Shown here piece by piece: positions 45,004 through 52,643 of a stretch of DNA of 64,000 nt. A program made the translations under genes and the position numbers. The stretch is from positions 186,001-250,000 of the IMG/VR virus record IMGVR_UViG_3300020202_000061; one strand, 5' to 3'. The stretch's first letter is position 1. Each line of letters begins with the position of its first letter. The notes under the pieces are model-generated. The model worked only from the letters and a program-made list of their open reading frames with translations. It was not told the origin of the DNA and searched no databases.

Positions 45004-45240
45004 ATGGCATTGTTCGTGAGTTACGTCTTGAACACGGCTGGTATCACGCAGCACGAATTTGACTGGCGCGTGATTGATTGTCCGACACCAACTTGCAAGG
45101 AAGAGATCGCAGCGCTCCAATCCAGTCTGAAACAGACCATTTGCGGTGAGCGCGACCGAGCCTGCATCGAACGACGGGGCAATAGTGCTCATGTCTACGG
45201 GCTGACCGTGTTGAATTGGAGAGAGATCGGTGCTGGTTAG
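45004..45240 (+). CDS. hypothetical protein
   Basis: coupled ORF. Confidence 0.5.
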   Translation: MALFVSYVLNTAGITQHEFDWRVIDCPTPTCKEEIAALQSSLKQTICGERDRACIERRGNSAHVYGLTVLNWREIGAG

Positions 45241-45694
45241 TGTTTTCGCGGACGCCTCGTACCATCACGAGTCCCGTGCAGGAGGCTGGGCCGGGTGGGC
45301 GAAGTCCGACCGTGGTTCTCATTATGAGGGGGGTCCGATCCGGACCCCTCTTGCCTCATCAACCGAGGCCGAGTTTCTCGCCGTGGTCAATGCCGTCCAC
45401 ATGTCGATCAAAGCCAAGATCACTGAAAAGCATGATTTCATTCTGATCCAATCTGATTGTCAGTCCGTCGAGCACATCCTGTTCAAACCGAACTATGTGA
45501 TGACCTCCATCATTAAGCGGGCTCGTGCCCATTTGATGGCATTACGATTCGAGCATCAACTCTCCTTCTCATATCGTCATGTCAAGGGTCACTCCTACAA
45601 GAACGAACCCAGATACGCGATAAATCGTCTCTGTGACGGTATAGCCGGTCGAGGTATGGTCCAGGCCCGAACCGCACGGGGATGGCGTAGCTGA
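45230..45694 (+). CDS. RNase HI-like protein
   Basis: FADAS, TEAEFLA, QSDC, HVKGH, NRLCD. Confidence 0.85.
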   Translation: MLVSVFADASYHHESRAGGWAGWAKSDRGSHYEGGPIRTPLASSTEAEFLAVVNAVHMSIKAKITEKHDFILIQSDCQSVEHILFKPNYVMTSIIKRARAHLMALRFEHQLSFSYRHVKGHSYKNEPRYAINRLCDGIAGRGMVQARTARGWRS

Positions 45695-45719
45695 ATAAAT
45701 ATCCCATGGAGGAACCCCC

Positions 45720-46184
45720 ATGGATATCCAACTTAGCCCACACTTTCGTATGTCCGAATTGGTACGTTCGGAGACTGCTGCCCGCCTCGGCCTGGACAAT
45801 TGGCCGCGCGAACCCCGAGTGATTGAAAACCTCCGTAGTACTGCCCTTCACATCCTAGAGCCGATCCGTGTTCAGTTCGGTATTCCCTTCGCACCAAATT
45901 CCGGCTATCGTAGTCCTGAGGTGAACAGGGCTACCGGGGGTTCCAAAACACGGCAACACATGATGGGACAGGCAGTCGATATCGAACTGCCGGGCGTTTC
46001 CAATCACTTATTGGCGGAATGGGTGCGGAAAAATCTACAGTTCGACCAAATCATTCTTGAATGCTATCGTCGCGGAATTCCCAACTCCGGATGGGTTCAT
46101 ATCCGGTACGCAAGCTCTTCGAATCGTCATCAAACTCTGACATTCATTCAGGGTCAGGGATATCTGCCGGGATTTGTTATCTGA
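45720..46184 (+). CDS. peptidase M15A family endolysin-like
   Basis: NSGYRS..VN..GG....QH..GQAVD..WVHI; TAAATA upstream. Confidence 0.88.
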   Translation: MDIQLSPHFRMSELVRSETAARLGLDNWPREPRVIENLRSTALHILEPIRVQFGIPFAPNSGYRSPEVNRATGGSKTRQHMMGQAVDIELPGVSNHLLAEWVRKNLQFDQIILECYRRGIPNSGWVHIRYASSSNRHQTLTFIQGQGYLPGFVI

Positions 46185-46558
46185 TAATTCCGAGATATCA
46201 ATCCTGTGACAAAATATTCTTAACGGCAGAAATTACCTACTGCTCAATTGACAACGTGCTTTTTGTGTGATTTGTAGCACTTCGGGGATGTTGTTCAACC
46301 GGGGGATACAGACGGAGACGGGGTATGACTCCAGCACGTATCGAAACGAGACATACGCGTTATGGGACGCGTCTTGATCGGGTCACCATTGAGGAACCCG
46401 ATGTGATCGTGATCCACACTCAGTCGGAGGTGATCACGGTGGATGCGAGACGTAAATCCGAACTGGTTCGGGTCGAGTTCATCCACACCGGAGAAGTCGA
46501 GATCATTCGTTGACATTCTCGGGGTTTCGTGGTATTTCCGGGGAAACGGAGAAATACC

Positions 46559-46738
46559 ATGTCGTTGTCCAATACTGACGAGATTGACCATCGCTGGGCG
46601 AATGCGCTTGCATCGTTGCAGGGCGCATACCGTCATATGCTGGACACCGTGGTCGATGCCGAGGAGGTCCGGTCCCGCAACCGACTGATCGCACTCTGCA
46701 AGCGTATCGCCGAGGATCATAAGGATTCGCCAACATGA
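46559..46738 (+). CDS. hypothetical protein
   Basis: GGAG RBS. Confidence 0.5.
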   Translation: MSLSNTDEIDHRWANALASLQGAYRHMLDTVVDAEEVRSRNRLIALCKRIAEDHKDSPT

Positions 46739-46959
46739 TCGATGGCACCAAGGAACTCTTCCTGGTCACAGCCACGATCTGGCAGCACGGCTACCAGAAT
46801 GAGGAAGAGGCCGCCATCATCACGGAGGTTCGTCTGGTCGAGGCCGACACAACGAGCGATGCCCGCGCCAAATACGAGAAGTATTGGGAGCGGAAGTCCG
46901 AGCCCTTTGGCACGTGGTATGAGCTTCGCGAAGTCGAAGTGACGGACGTGATCCGATGA
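46735..46959 (+). CDS. hypothetical protein
   Basis: ATGA coupling. Confidence 0.55.
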   Translation: MIDGTKELFLVTATIWQHGYQNEEEAAIITEVRLVEADTTSDARAKYEKYWERKSEPFGTWYELREVEVTDVIR

Positions 46960-47249
46960 GCCGGTTCTGTCCGAACGCGATGCTGGCCTGCTACAACCCG
47001 AAGTGCGACAAGGGGTGTGCTCATCCCATGTTCCAGGCTGTTTACACGCTATCGATGGACCACAAGGACAAGAGCGTCCGCAAGGTTGTTGGAACCCTGA
47101 GTGAATGTCTGTCGGCGGCCAGTGAGATCGTGAAGCGCCCACCGCCGGGCACCCTCGACGTGATTCTGACCGATCCCCAGGGCGAGAAATTGTTCACCTG
47201 GGACCTGATCAAACACGCATCCTATCGGGGAAATACCGAGAATACTTGA
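46956..47249 (+). CDS. hypothetical protein, Cys-containing
   Basis: ATGA coupling. Confidence 0.5.
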   Translation: MSRFCPNAMLACYNPKCDKGCAHPMFQAVYTLSMDHKDKSVRKVVGTLSECLSAASEIVKRPPPGTLDVILTDPQGEKLFTWDLIKHASYRGNTENT

Positions 47250-47297
47250 CAATCCCCAGGGTTTCTGGTAGAATCCTCTTGCAATTCAGGAGGACCC

Positions 47298-47606
47298 ATG
47301 CCCGGCACCCGTGCGACCATCCGTCAGATGCTGAACTTCTTCAACGCGAATGTTCGGCTGGCCTTCGCCAAGCATCAAAATCGTGAGCAGTTCCTGGCCG
47401 GGTTCAAGCCGGACCTCCACGAGAAGCTGGGTACGCTCTACGATGACTATCACAAGCGTGTTCTGAACGCGCAGACCCTCCGAGACAAATGGTTGGCCGA
47501 TGGCAACGAGGCGGCAGAGCGCGGCAATCAGAAGCGTGCCGACTATTGCTACGCGAAGTCGCAGACCTGGACCGACCGCTACAACCGGTTGGTCGGTGAC
47601 GCCTAG
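47298..47606 (+). CDS. hypothetical protein
   Basis: AGGAGG RBS after promoter 47246; ends in TAG. Confidence 0.7.
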   Translation: MPGTRATIRQMLNFFNANVRLAFAKHQNREQFLAGFKPDLHEKLGTLYDDYHKRVLNAQTLRDKWLADGNEAAERGNQKRADYCYAKSQTWTDRYNRLVGDA

Positions 47607-47855
47607 ATGTTCACCCTGATCGTCCTCTCCTGCCTGCTCCCGACCACCTGCATCGAGGATCATTCCCCAGCGGATTACATCACGGAGGAACGGTGTTTCG
47701 CCCAGGGTGCGATCCTGGCCGGGATGAATCGGGTCGAATTCGGTAGGATCGGCTGGGACTTTTCCATCGAACACACTCTGATCTGCACAGATCAATTCGG
47801 GGAGCAAATCGTCCGCAAACATACGGATTTGGTTGACAAATCGCTGGGTTTCTGA
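47607..47855 (+). CDS. small exported protein
   Basis: ATG directly after an in-frame TAG; hydrophobic N-terminus with Cys. Confidence 0.55.
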   Translation: MFTLIVLSCLLPTTCIEDHSPADYITEERCFAQGAILAGMNRVEFGRIGWDFSIEHTLICTDQFGEQIVRKHTDLVDKSLGF

Positions 47856-47890
47856 TAGACTTGGCGAACCAAATCAGGAGAAACCACCGC

Positions 47891-48229
47891 ATGATGTTGC
47901 TGACCAAGGAACTGCGCCGCGAGCTTTTGAAGAACGGCACTCTGTCAGAGTCCGAGAAAGAGAAGCTCAAACCCGTCGTGAAGTTCTTCAACCCAACCGG
48001 CGCGGCCACGTGGTTGATCACGGAAATGGACCCGGACGGGGATCGCCTGTTCGGCCTTTGCGATCTCGGCTTCGGGGAGCCCGAACTCGGCTACGTCAGC
48101 CTGACCGAGCTTCAACTCACTCCAGTGCGTTTCGGTTTGGGGATCGAGCGTGATCGCTGGTTCACCCCGAACAAGACCCTCCAGGAATACGCCGACGAGG
48201 CACGCGAGAAGGGTCGCGTCCAGGCATGA
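47891..48229 (+). CDS. DUF2958 family protein
   Basis: PVVKFFNPTGAATWLITE..LFGLCDLG.G.PELGYVSL.EL. Confidence 0.9.
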   Translation: MMLLTKELRRELLKNGTLSESEKEKLKPVVKFFNPTGAATWLITEMDPDGDRLFGLCDLGFGEPELGYVSLTELQLTPVRFGLGIERDRWFTPNKTLQEYADEAREKGRVQA

Positions 48230-48447
48230 GACGCAAGCCGCGCCCCCTCGGTGACTATACTGACAAGGCATGGCTGACCGGCTGGGATTACTGCATCATG
48301 CTCCGCCGGATCAATGAGAATCCCTATACTCGGCGTCCCCAGCATGACGCGTTCCGACGTGGCTACAAGGCGTGTGAAAACAACGCCGTGAGCAGCTTGC
48401 GCACGGTGATGCGGCGGCGATATCCAGAAAGGTTGTTCGCAACATGA
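48226..48447 (+). CDS. hypothetical protein
   Basis: AW..GW....NPY.....AF.RGY (RMF-like pattern). Confidence 0.5.
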   Translation: MRRKPRPLGDYTDKAWLTGWDYCIMLRRINENPYTRRPQHDAFRRGYKACENNAVSSLRTVMRRRYPERLFAT

Positions 48448-48617
48448 CTGCGATTTTCATCATGTTCGTGTTTGCATTCATTCTGGTCCTGATCCTGTTG
48501 TTCGGAGATTTGACCATCGAGCAAGCAGGGGCAATACAGACCTACGGTGTCTCAGTCATGGGTCTGTTTACGGTCGGCGTCCTGATCTACGAAGGCTTGA
48601 AGCTCTAGGAGGCATCC

Positions 48618-49064
48618 TTGTTGAAAGGTCCCTACGAACTCGAACTCTGCCGGTTTCGCATCGGTGAGCGCGTGCGGGTGAAAGAGTCCAGCAAGGCCCG
48701 CTGGTGTCGTGACAAGCCTTTGGTCGTGTTGAACCTGAGCTACGCTGATGGCCAATCAGCAATACCCGGCAAGCTCGTGGTGGGTTGTGCGGTCGAACGA
48801 CCGTTTGAAGCCTACGGGCCGATCATACACGAGTTCGCCCAGGATGATCTGGAACCGAATCCGTTCCCGGCTCTGACCGAGGAACATCTTCCAGATGGTT
48901 GGTTCCCGGCCAGTGGTGGAGCGGAGAAGCCCTTCAAGTCGCGTTCCGGCCGCACCCTGCTCTACTGCTACAATCCGGCCAAGCACGCCCACGCCTACCT
49001 GGATCAGGACAACGACATTATCCTGACCGACAAGGAAGCGGCTGATCTCATGCAGATGACGTAA
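48618..49064 (+). CDS. hypothetical protein
   Basis: AGGAGG RBS before TTG. Confidence 0.6.
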   Translation: MLKGPYELELCRFRIGERVRVKESSKARWCRDKPLVVLNLSYADGQSAIPGKLVVGCAVERPFEAYGPIIHEFAQDDLEPNPFPALTEEHLPDGWFPASGGAEKPFKSRSGRTLLYCYNPAKHAHAYLDQDNDIILTDKEAADLMQMT

Positions 49065-49072
49065 ATATTCGC

Positions 49073-49327
49073 ATGCCAAGATACGTCCTTGAAGTCCCCA
49101 CATTGGCCACGAACGGGAGCATCAATTCCCCGGCTCTGAAATCGTTTGAAGTTCCGAACGATAAGGAAGCGCGTGACTATTGTGTTCTTCACGCCAGAAG
49201 CCTGTATACGCTGTTCCACAGCAGCCAAAACAATCCGTTCAGTTCGGGCGGCACCAACTGGACCAAAATCGCTCAATGCCGCCGTACAGACAACGATAAG
49301 ATCGTCTGGAGATACGGTCAGTATTGA
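49073..49327 (+). CDS. hypothetical late-type protein
   Basis: TAAATA 5 nt before ATG. Confidence 0.55.
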   Translation: MPRYVLEVPTLATNGSINSPALKSFEVPNDKEARDYCVLHARSLYTLFHSSQNNPFSSGGTNWTKIAQCRRTDNDKIVWRYGQY

Positions 49328-49358
49328 CAAATTGCTGATCATCCAACAGATTATTAAT

Positions 49359-49558
49359 CGAGCGATGGCGTAACACACGTCGAACCCGGCCTTAAAGGAT
49401 GCCCCTCGGGGTGGTCGCAACAAGACGTGTGCCAGCCGGGTGGAAGTTCGAATCGTAGGTCGTAGGACCGCTCTTAGCGTCCGCATAGAGGCTTGGTAAT
49501 GCGCAAGCCGGTGGGTAGATTCGAACTCGTGGGACCGGGAACTAAACCGGATCGCTCG
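49359..49558 (+). ncRNA. unassigned ~200-nt structured RNA
   Basis: CGAGCGAT/ATCGCTCG closing stem; ACACGTC/GACGTGT; AGTTCGAATC/GATTCGAACT; promoter at 49324. Confidence 0.6.
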
Positions 49559-49572
49559 CCTTGGGGAGAGCT

Positions 49573-50112
49573 ATGCGTCCTGTCATCTTCTTGGACTTTG
49601 ATGGTCCGCTTCTACCGAAGCGTGGCTTCTACCATCCCGACAATCAGACCGTCATGCCTCGCACGTACGATCCCTACGCGATAGGGATGATCGAATGGTG
49701 CGCCAGCAAGGTCAACGCCCACTACGTGATCAGTTCGACGTGGCGCGATAGCGGACGCGGATGGATCGTCGCGCTGCTCAAAGAGAATAGAGTCTCGGTG
49801 GATCGCCTCCACCCGGACTGGGCCACGCCCCGATATGGTGGTGGCTCTATGGCTACCCGCACCGAAGAGATTCTTCTCTGGCTGAATCAGCACCCTGAGG
49901 TTCAACAGTGGGTGGCCATCGACGATATGGGTGATCCGAAGAAACTTCCCAACCTGATCAAGGTCACCGAGGAGGACGGATTCCTTCTTCGTCATTTCAA
50001 CCAGATGTGCAAACTCCTCAAAATCACCGCTCGAATCGAGGATCAGCTTTTAATCCCGAGTGAGTTCTTGACTTCCTCGGGGATTCCTCCCATAAATATT
50101 ACAGACGGGTAG
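49573..50112 (+). CDS. HAD-domain protein (Swiss-army-knife RNA-repair type)
   Basis: IFLDFDGPL, VISSTWR, EI..WL..HP...WVAIDD. Confidence 0.88.
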   Translation: MRPVIFLDFDGPLLPKRGFYHPDNQTVMPRTYDPYAIGMIEWCASKVNAHYVISSTWRDSGRGWIVALLKENRVSVDRLHPDWATPRYGGGSMATRTEEILLWLNQHPEVQQWVAIDDMGDPKKLPNLIKVTEEDGFLLRHFNQMCKLLKITARIEDQLLIPSEFLTSSGIPPINITDG

Positions 50113-50279
50113 AGTGCCACGTCGCCTATGGCTTTAACCTTGCGGATTTCCCGGCCTTGGCGAAATGTTTACTCGTATATTAAGGGAAGGCGGCTTAGAG
50201 CGGGCAGATGTCGTTCTCGGCGGTGACCCCAGCCGGATCGGGCAGGTCTATAAGAGGTCCCTAGGACTTCGGGTTGTTT

Positions 50280-50355
50280 GGGTCTTGAGCCAGATGGGAC
50301 GGCTGCGGTTTTACACGCCGCTATTGAGCAGGTTCGATTCCTGCAAGACCTACCA
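50280..50355 (+). tRNA. tRNA-Val(TAC)
   Basis: GGGTCTT/AAGACCT-A-CCA; TT-TAC-AC. Confidence 0.85.
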
Positions 50356-50373
50356 ACGACCGAAAGTCAATCT

Positions 50374-50775
50374 ATGCCTACCCTGGCTGAATCTCTTCGT
50401 CGCACTCAAAAGACCGTCGAACGCCGCGCTCATAAGGTTGCAGATGTTGCATCGCGTAAGACGCAAGTCGAGGACAAGAAGCGTTGGGATGCCTACGTAA
50501 CGAAGGTTCGGTCCACCCTTACCGAGAAAGCCAAGAAAGCCGCTAAGGATGGTCAGGACTACATCAGAATCGAATGTCCTGGTGATCTTTCTGGAGCCCA
50601 TAGAGAAAAGCTCATGAAGCTGTTTGAATCGAAGGGGTTTTGGGTTCTGGAAGATACCCGAAAGTATTATCCCTCGGATGATTCTCCGGAGGAAGTTCTT
50701 TTCGCTTTCATCGTGGGATGGGGTGAGAAACCCACATACTCAGCCGGTTTCAATTCGGGTTGGAATTACCGCTGA
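50374..50775 (+). CDS. hypothetical protein
   Basis: ORF after the tRNA. Confidence 0.55.
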   Translation: MPTLAESLRRTQKTVERRAHKVADVASRKTQVEDKKRWDAYVTKVRSTLTEKAKKAAKDGQDYIRIECPGDLSGAHREKLMKLFESKGFWVLEDTRKYYPSDDSPEEVLFAFIVGWGEKPTYSAGFNSGWNYR

Positions 50776-50829
50776 CGCTTCGGGTATTGAAATCCCGCAA
50801 AGAACCCCTAGGTATGCCTGGGGGATTTC

Positions 50830-51243
50830 ATGGAAGAAGAAGTCAAGTCTCACACATTCACGAAGGTGCGTGGCCTCTCCTATGAGGAGTTCGCACCGAA
50901 ACCGCCATTCCTGGGTCGTTACAAGATTGGGGATTGGTGTGCGGTCCGTCCGGTAACGGACAACCCTGAGAATCAAACCTACCTGGGTATCTACCTGGGC
51001 GACCTTCCAACCGGGATCATGCACAGCATCAAGGGTGACGAACTCATCCCGATGGTTGGTGCGTTCAACCGCAACCCTGCGATCTACTGCTTCGAGTTGA
51101 AGCGTGTGGTCATGGGGTATGAGAGTTGGTGGTCCAACATCGAGAGCCCGGACGATCTCAAGCAGATCACCAACACCGACATCGATTCGGTCTGGTACGT
51201 GCAGGCGTTGAAGGCGCTGTCCACGAAGGACGAAGAAGCGTGA
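50830..51243 (+). CDS. hypothetical protein
   Basis: GGGGGA RBS; TYLGIYLG..NPAI..GYESWW. Confidence 0.65.
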   Translation: MEEEVKSHTFTKVRGLSYEEFAPKPPFLGRYKIGDWCAVRPVTDNPENQTYLGIYLGDLPTGIMHSIKGDELIPMVGAFNRNPAIYCFELKRVVMGYESWWSNIESPDDLKQITNTDIDSVWYVQALKALSTKDEEA

Positions 51244-51521
51244 GCCCTGCCCTTGATACCCTCATCCAATACGCGAGGCTCATCCTCGATGATGCCCTGA
51301 TGGAGGAGAACGATGCGGAACTCCGACAGAGTGTGGTCGATGAGATCAGCGAGTATGCGAACGATCTGACCCTGATGGAGGGGTATCAAATCGACGCTTA
51401 TCAGGTGATTTGTGACGACACCAACAATCCATCGAGTGTGATCAACGCGGGAGAAATTCGCGTGACCATCGCGGTCGTTTCCAATGGAAAACGACAAATC
51501 GCAAAGTTGAGGGCACCATGA
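51240..51521 (+). CDS. hypothetical protein resembling a tail-sheath C-terminal segment
   Basis: Y.VICDDTNN.SSVINAGEI.V.I. Confidence 0.5.
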   Translation: MSPALDTLIQYARLILDDALMEENDAELRQSVVDEISEYANDLTLMEGYQIDAYQVICDDTNNPSSVINAGEIRVTIAVVSNGKRQIAKLRAP

Positions 51522-51751
51522 CACGAATTCAGAAGAATATCCGAATCGGCCTGCTCTGGTTGGGTTTGTTCGTGACGTTTTCCCTCAGCATGGCTGGTCT
51601 CGGTGAAGCAGTGGATGAGATTCGCCAACTCTCTGGTTTTTGGGAAACCTTTTGGAAAACCATGCTTACCCTCCTGTTCATGGCTTCGGTGTTCGGACAT
51701 ATCATCGGTGGACTCTTGATGAGCATTGCGATTGACGAGATCAAATCATGA
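51518..51751 (+). CDS. two-TM membrane protein
   Basis: hydrophobic helices. Confidence 0.6.
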   Translation: MTRIQKNIRIGLLWLGLFVTFSLSMAGLGEAVDEIRQLSGFWETFWKTMLTLLFMASVFGHIIGGLLMSIAIDEIKS

Positions 51752-51942
51752 GCATGGACGCAACCCCTACCGGCCGTTGGGAAATCACCCCGTGGTGGCT
51801 CCGCCTGATCGGGAAGCCCAGCTTTCGTATGTTCTATGAGGGTTGGGGCAGTGATTTCATGGGTAGTGTGCCGGACTATTGGGAATACTCTTGGGAGCCT
51901 TGGAAGGAAGAGTTTCTTCACGACAACACAAAAACCCCTTGA
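51748..51942 (+). CDS. Trp-rich hypothetical protein
   Basis: ATGA coupling. Confidence 0.5.
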   Translation: MSMDATPTGRWEITPWWLRLIGKPSFRMFYEGWGSDFMGSVPDYWEYSWEPWKEEFLHDNTKTP

Positions 51943-51977
51943 CATCCCCATGGGGTTCCCCTAAATAGGTCTTGGAT

Positions 51978-52056
51978 AGGACGAGCCGCTTGGTTCGGGT
52001 TATTGCTTGGTGCAACGGGCGTAAGCCCATATCCCGGTCCGCTTTTTGTTCGTCCT
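51978..52056 (+). ncRNA. minimal Y-RNA-like element D
   Basis: GGACGAGC(C)G/TTGTTCGTCC bulged stem; GGGTTATTG; promoter at 51939. Confidence 0.55.
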
Positions 52057-52077
52057 CCTTTTTAGAGGTGCTTTGAG

Positions 52078-52155
52078 ATGAAGTTTGGCGTTAACACTCA
52101 CATCACTCAGATCGCCCGCGATGCTCAGCAACGCGGCGAGGAGAAGTCTGTGTAA
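52078..52155 (+). CDS. 25-aa small ORF
   Basis: GAGGTG RBS; followed by terminator 52185-52208. Confidence 0.4.
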   Translation: MKFGVNTHITQIARDAQQRGEEKSV

Positions 52156-52220
52156 GGCCCCGGATGTACGGGTCATGCACAGGCGCTCCGTTTTGAGCGC
52201 CTTTTTTATTGCTTGAATGA

Positions 52221-52296
52221 TGCCCCTTGGCGCAATTGGTAGCGCAGCGGACTCTGAATCCGAAGGTTCCAGGTTCGACCCCTGGAGGGGCAACCA
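52221..52296 (+). tRNA. tRNA-Gln(CTG)
   Basis: TGCCCCT/AGGGGCA-A-CCA; CT-CTG-AA. Confidence 0.92.
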
Positions 52297-52401
52297 AACA
52301 CGGGCCGACTGGCTTGGATTATTGGATGAAGGCTGAGGACGATGACTCCTCTTGCCGCAGGGCTTCGAAACCCTGGTCCAGGTCTCTAACTTGTCCGTGT
52401 T
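52297..52401 (+). ncRNA. Y-RNA-like element E
   Basis: AACACGGGC(C)GA/TTGTCCGTGTT; GGATTATTG; internal TTCGA hairpin. Confidence 0.6.
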
Positions 52402-52406
52402 CTTGA

Positions 52407-52485
52407 TCCAGTGTTGCTCTGTCGGTATGGGCGACCTGCCTCTGAAGCAGGGAATTCGTAGGTTCGACTCCTACCGCTGGAACCA
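52407..52485 (+). tRNA. tRNA-Gln(CTG), second copy
   Basis: TCCAGTG/CGCTGGA-A-CCA. Confidence 0.82.
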
Positions 52486-52499
52486 AATAGTTGCCGTGA

Positions 52500-52582
52500 T
52501 CCAGAGTTGCTCTGTCGGCAAGGGGCCGCTCGGCTTTGAACCGAGATTAGGGACGTAGGTTCGACTCCTACCTCTGGAACCA
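52500..52582 (+). tRNA. tRNA-Gln(TTG)
   Basis: TCCAGAG/CTCTGGA-A-CCA; CT-TTG-AA. Confidence 0.85.
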
Positions 52583-52643
52583 AACTAATTCTTGAATATT
52601 CCATAATTCCTGTTATATTGGGCTTGACAACAAGGAGCCCATA

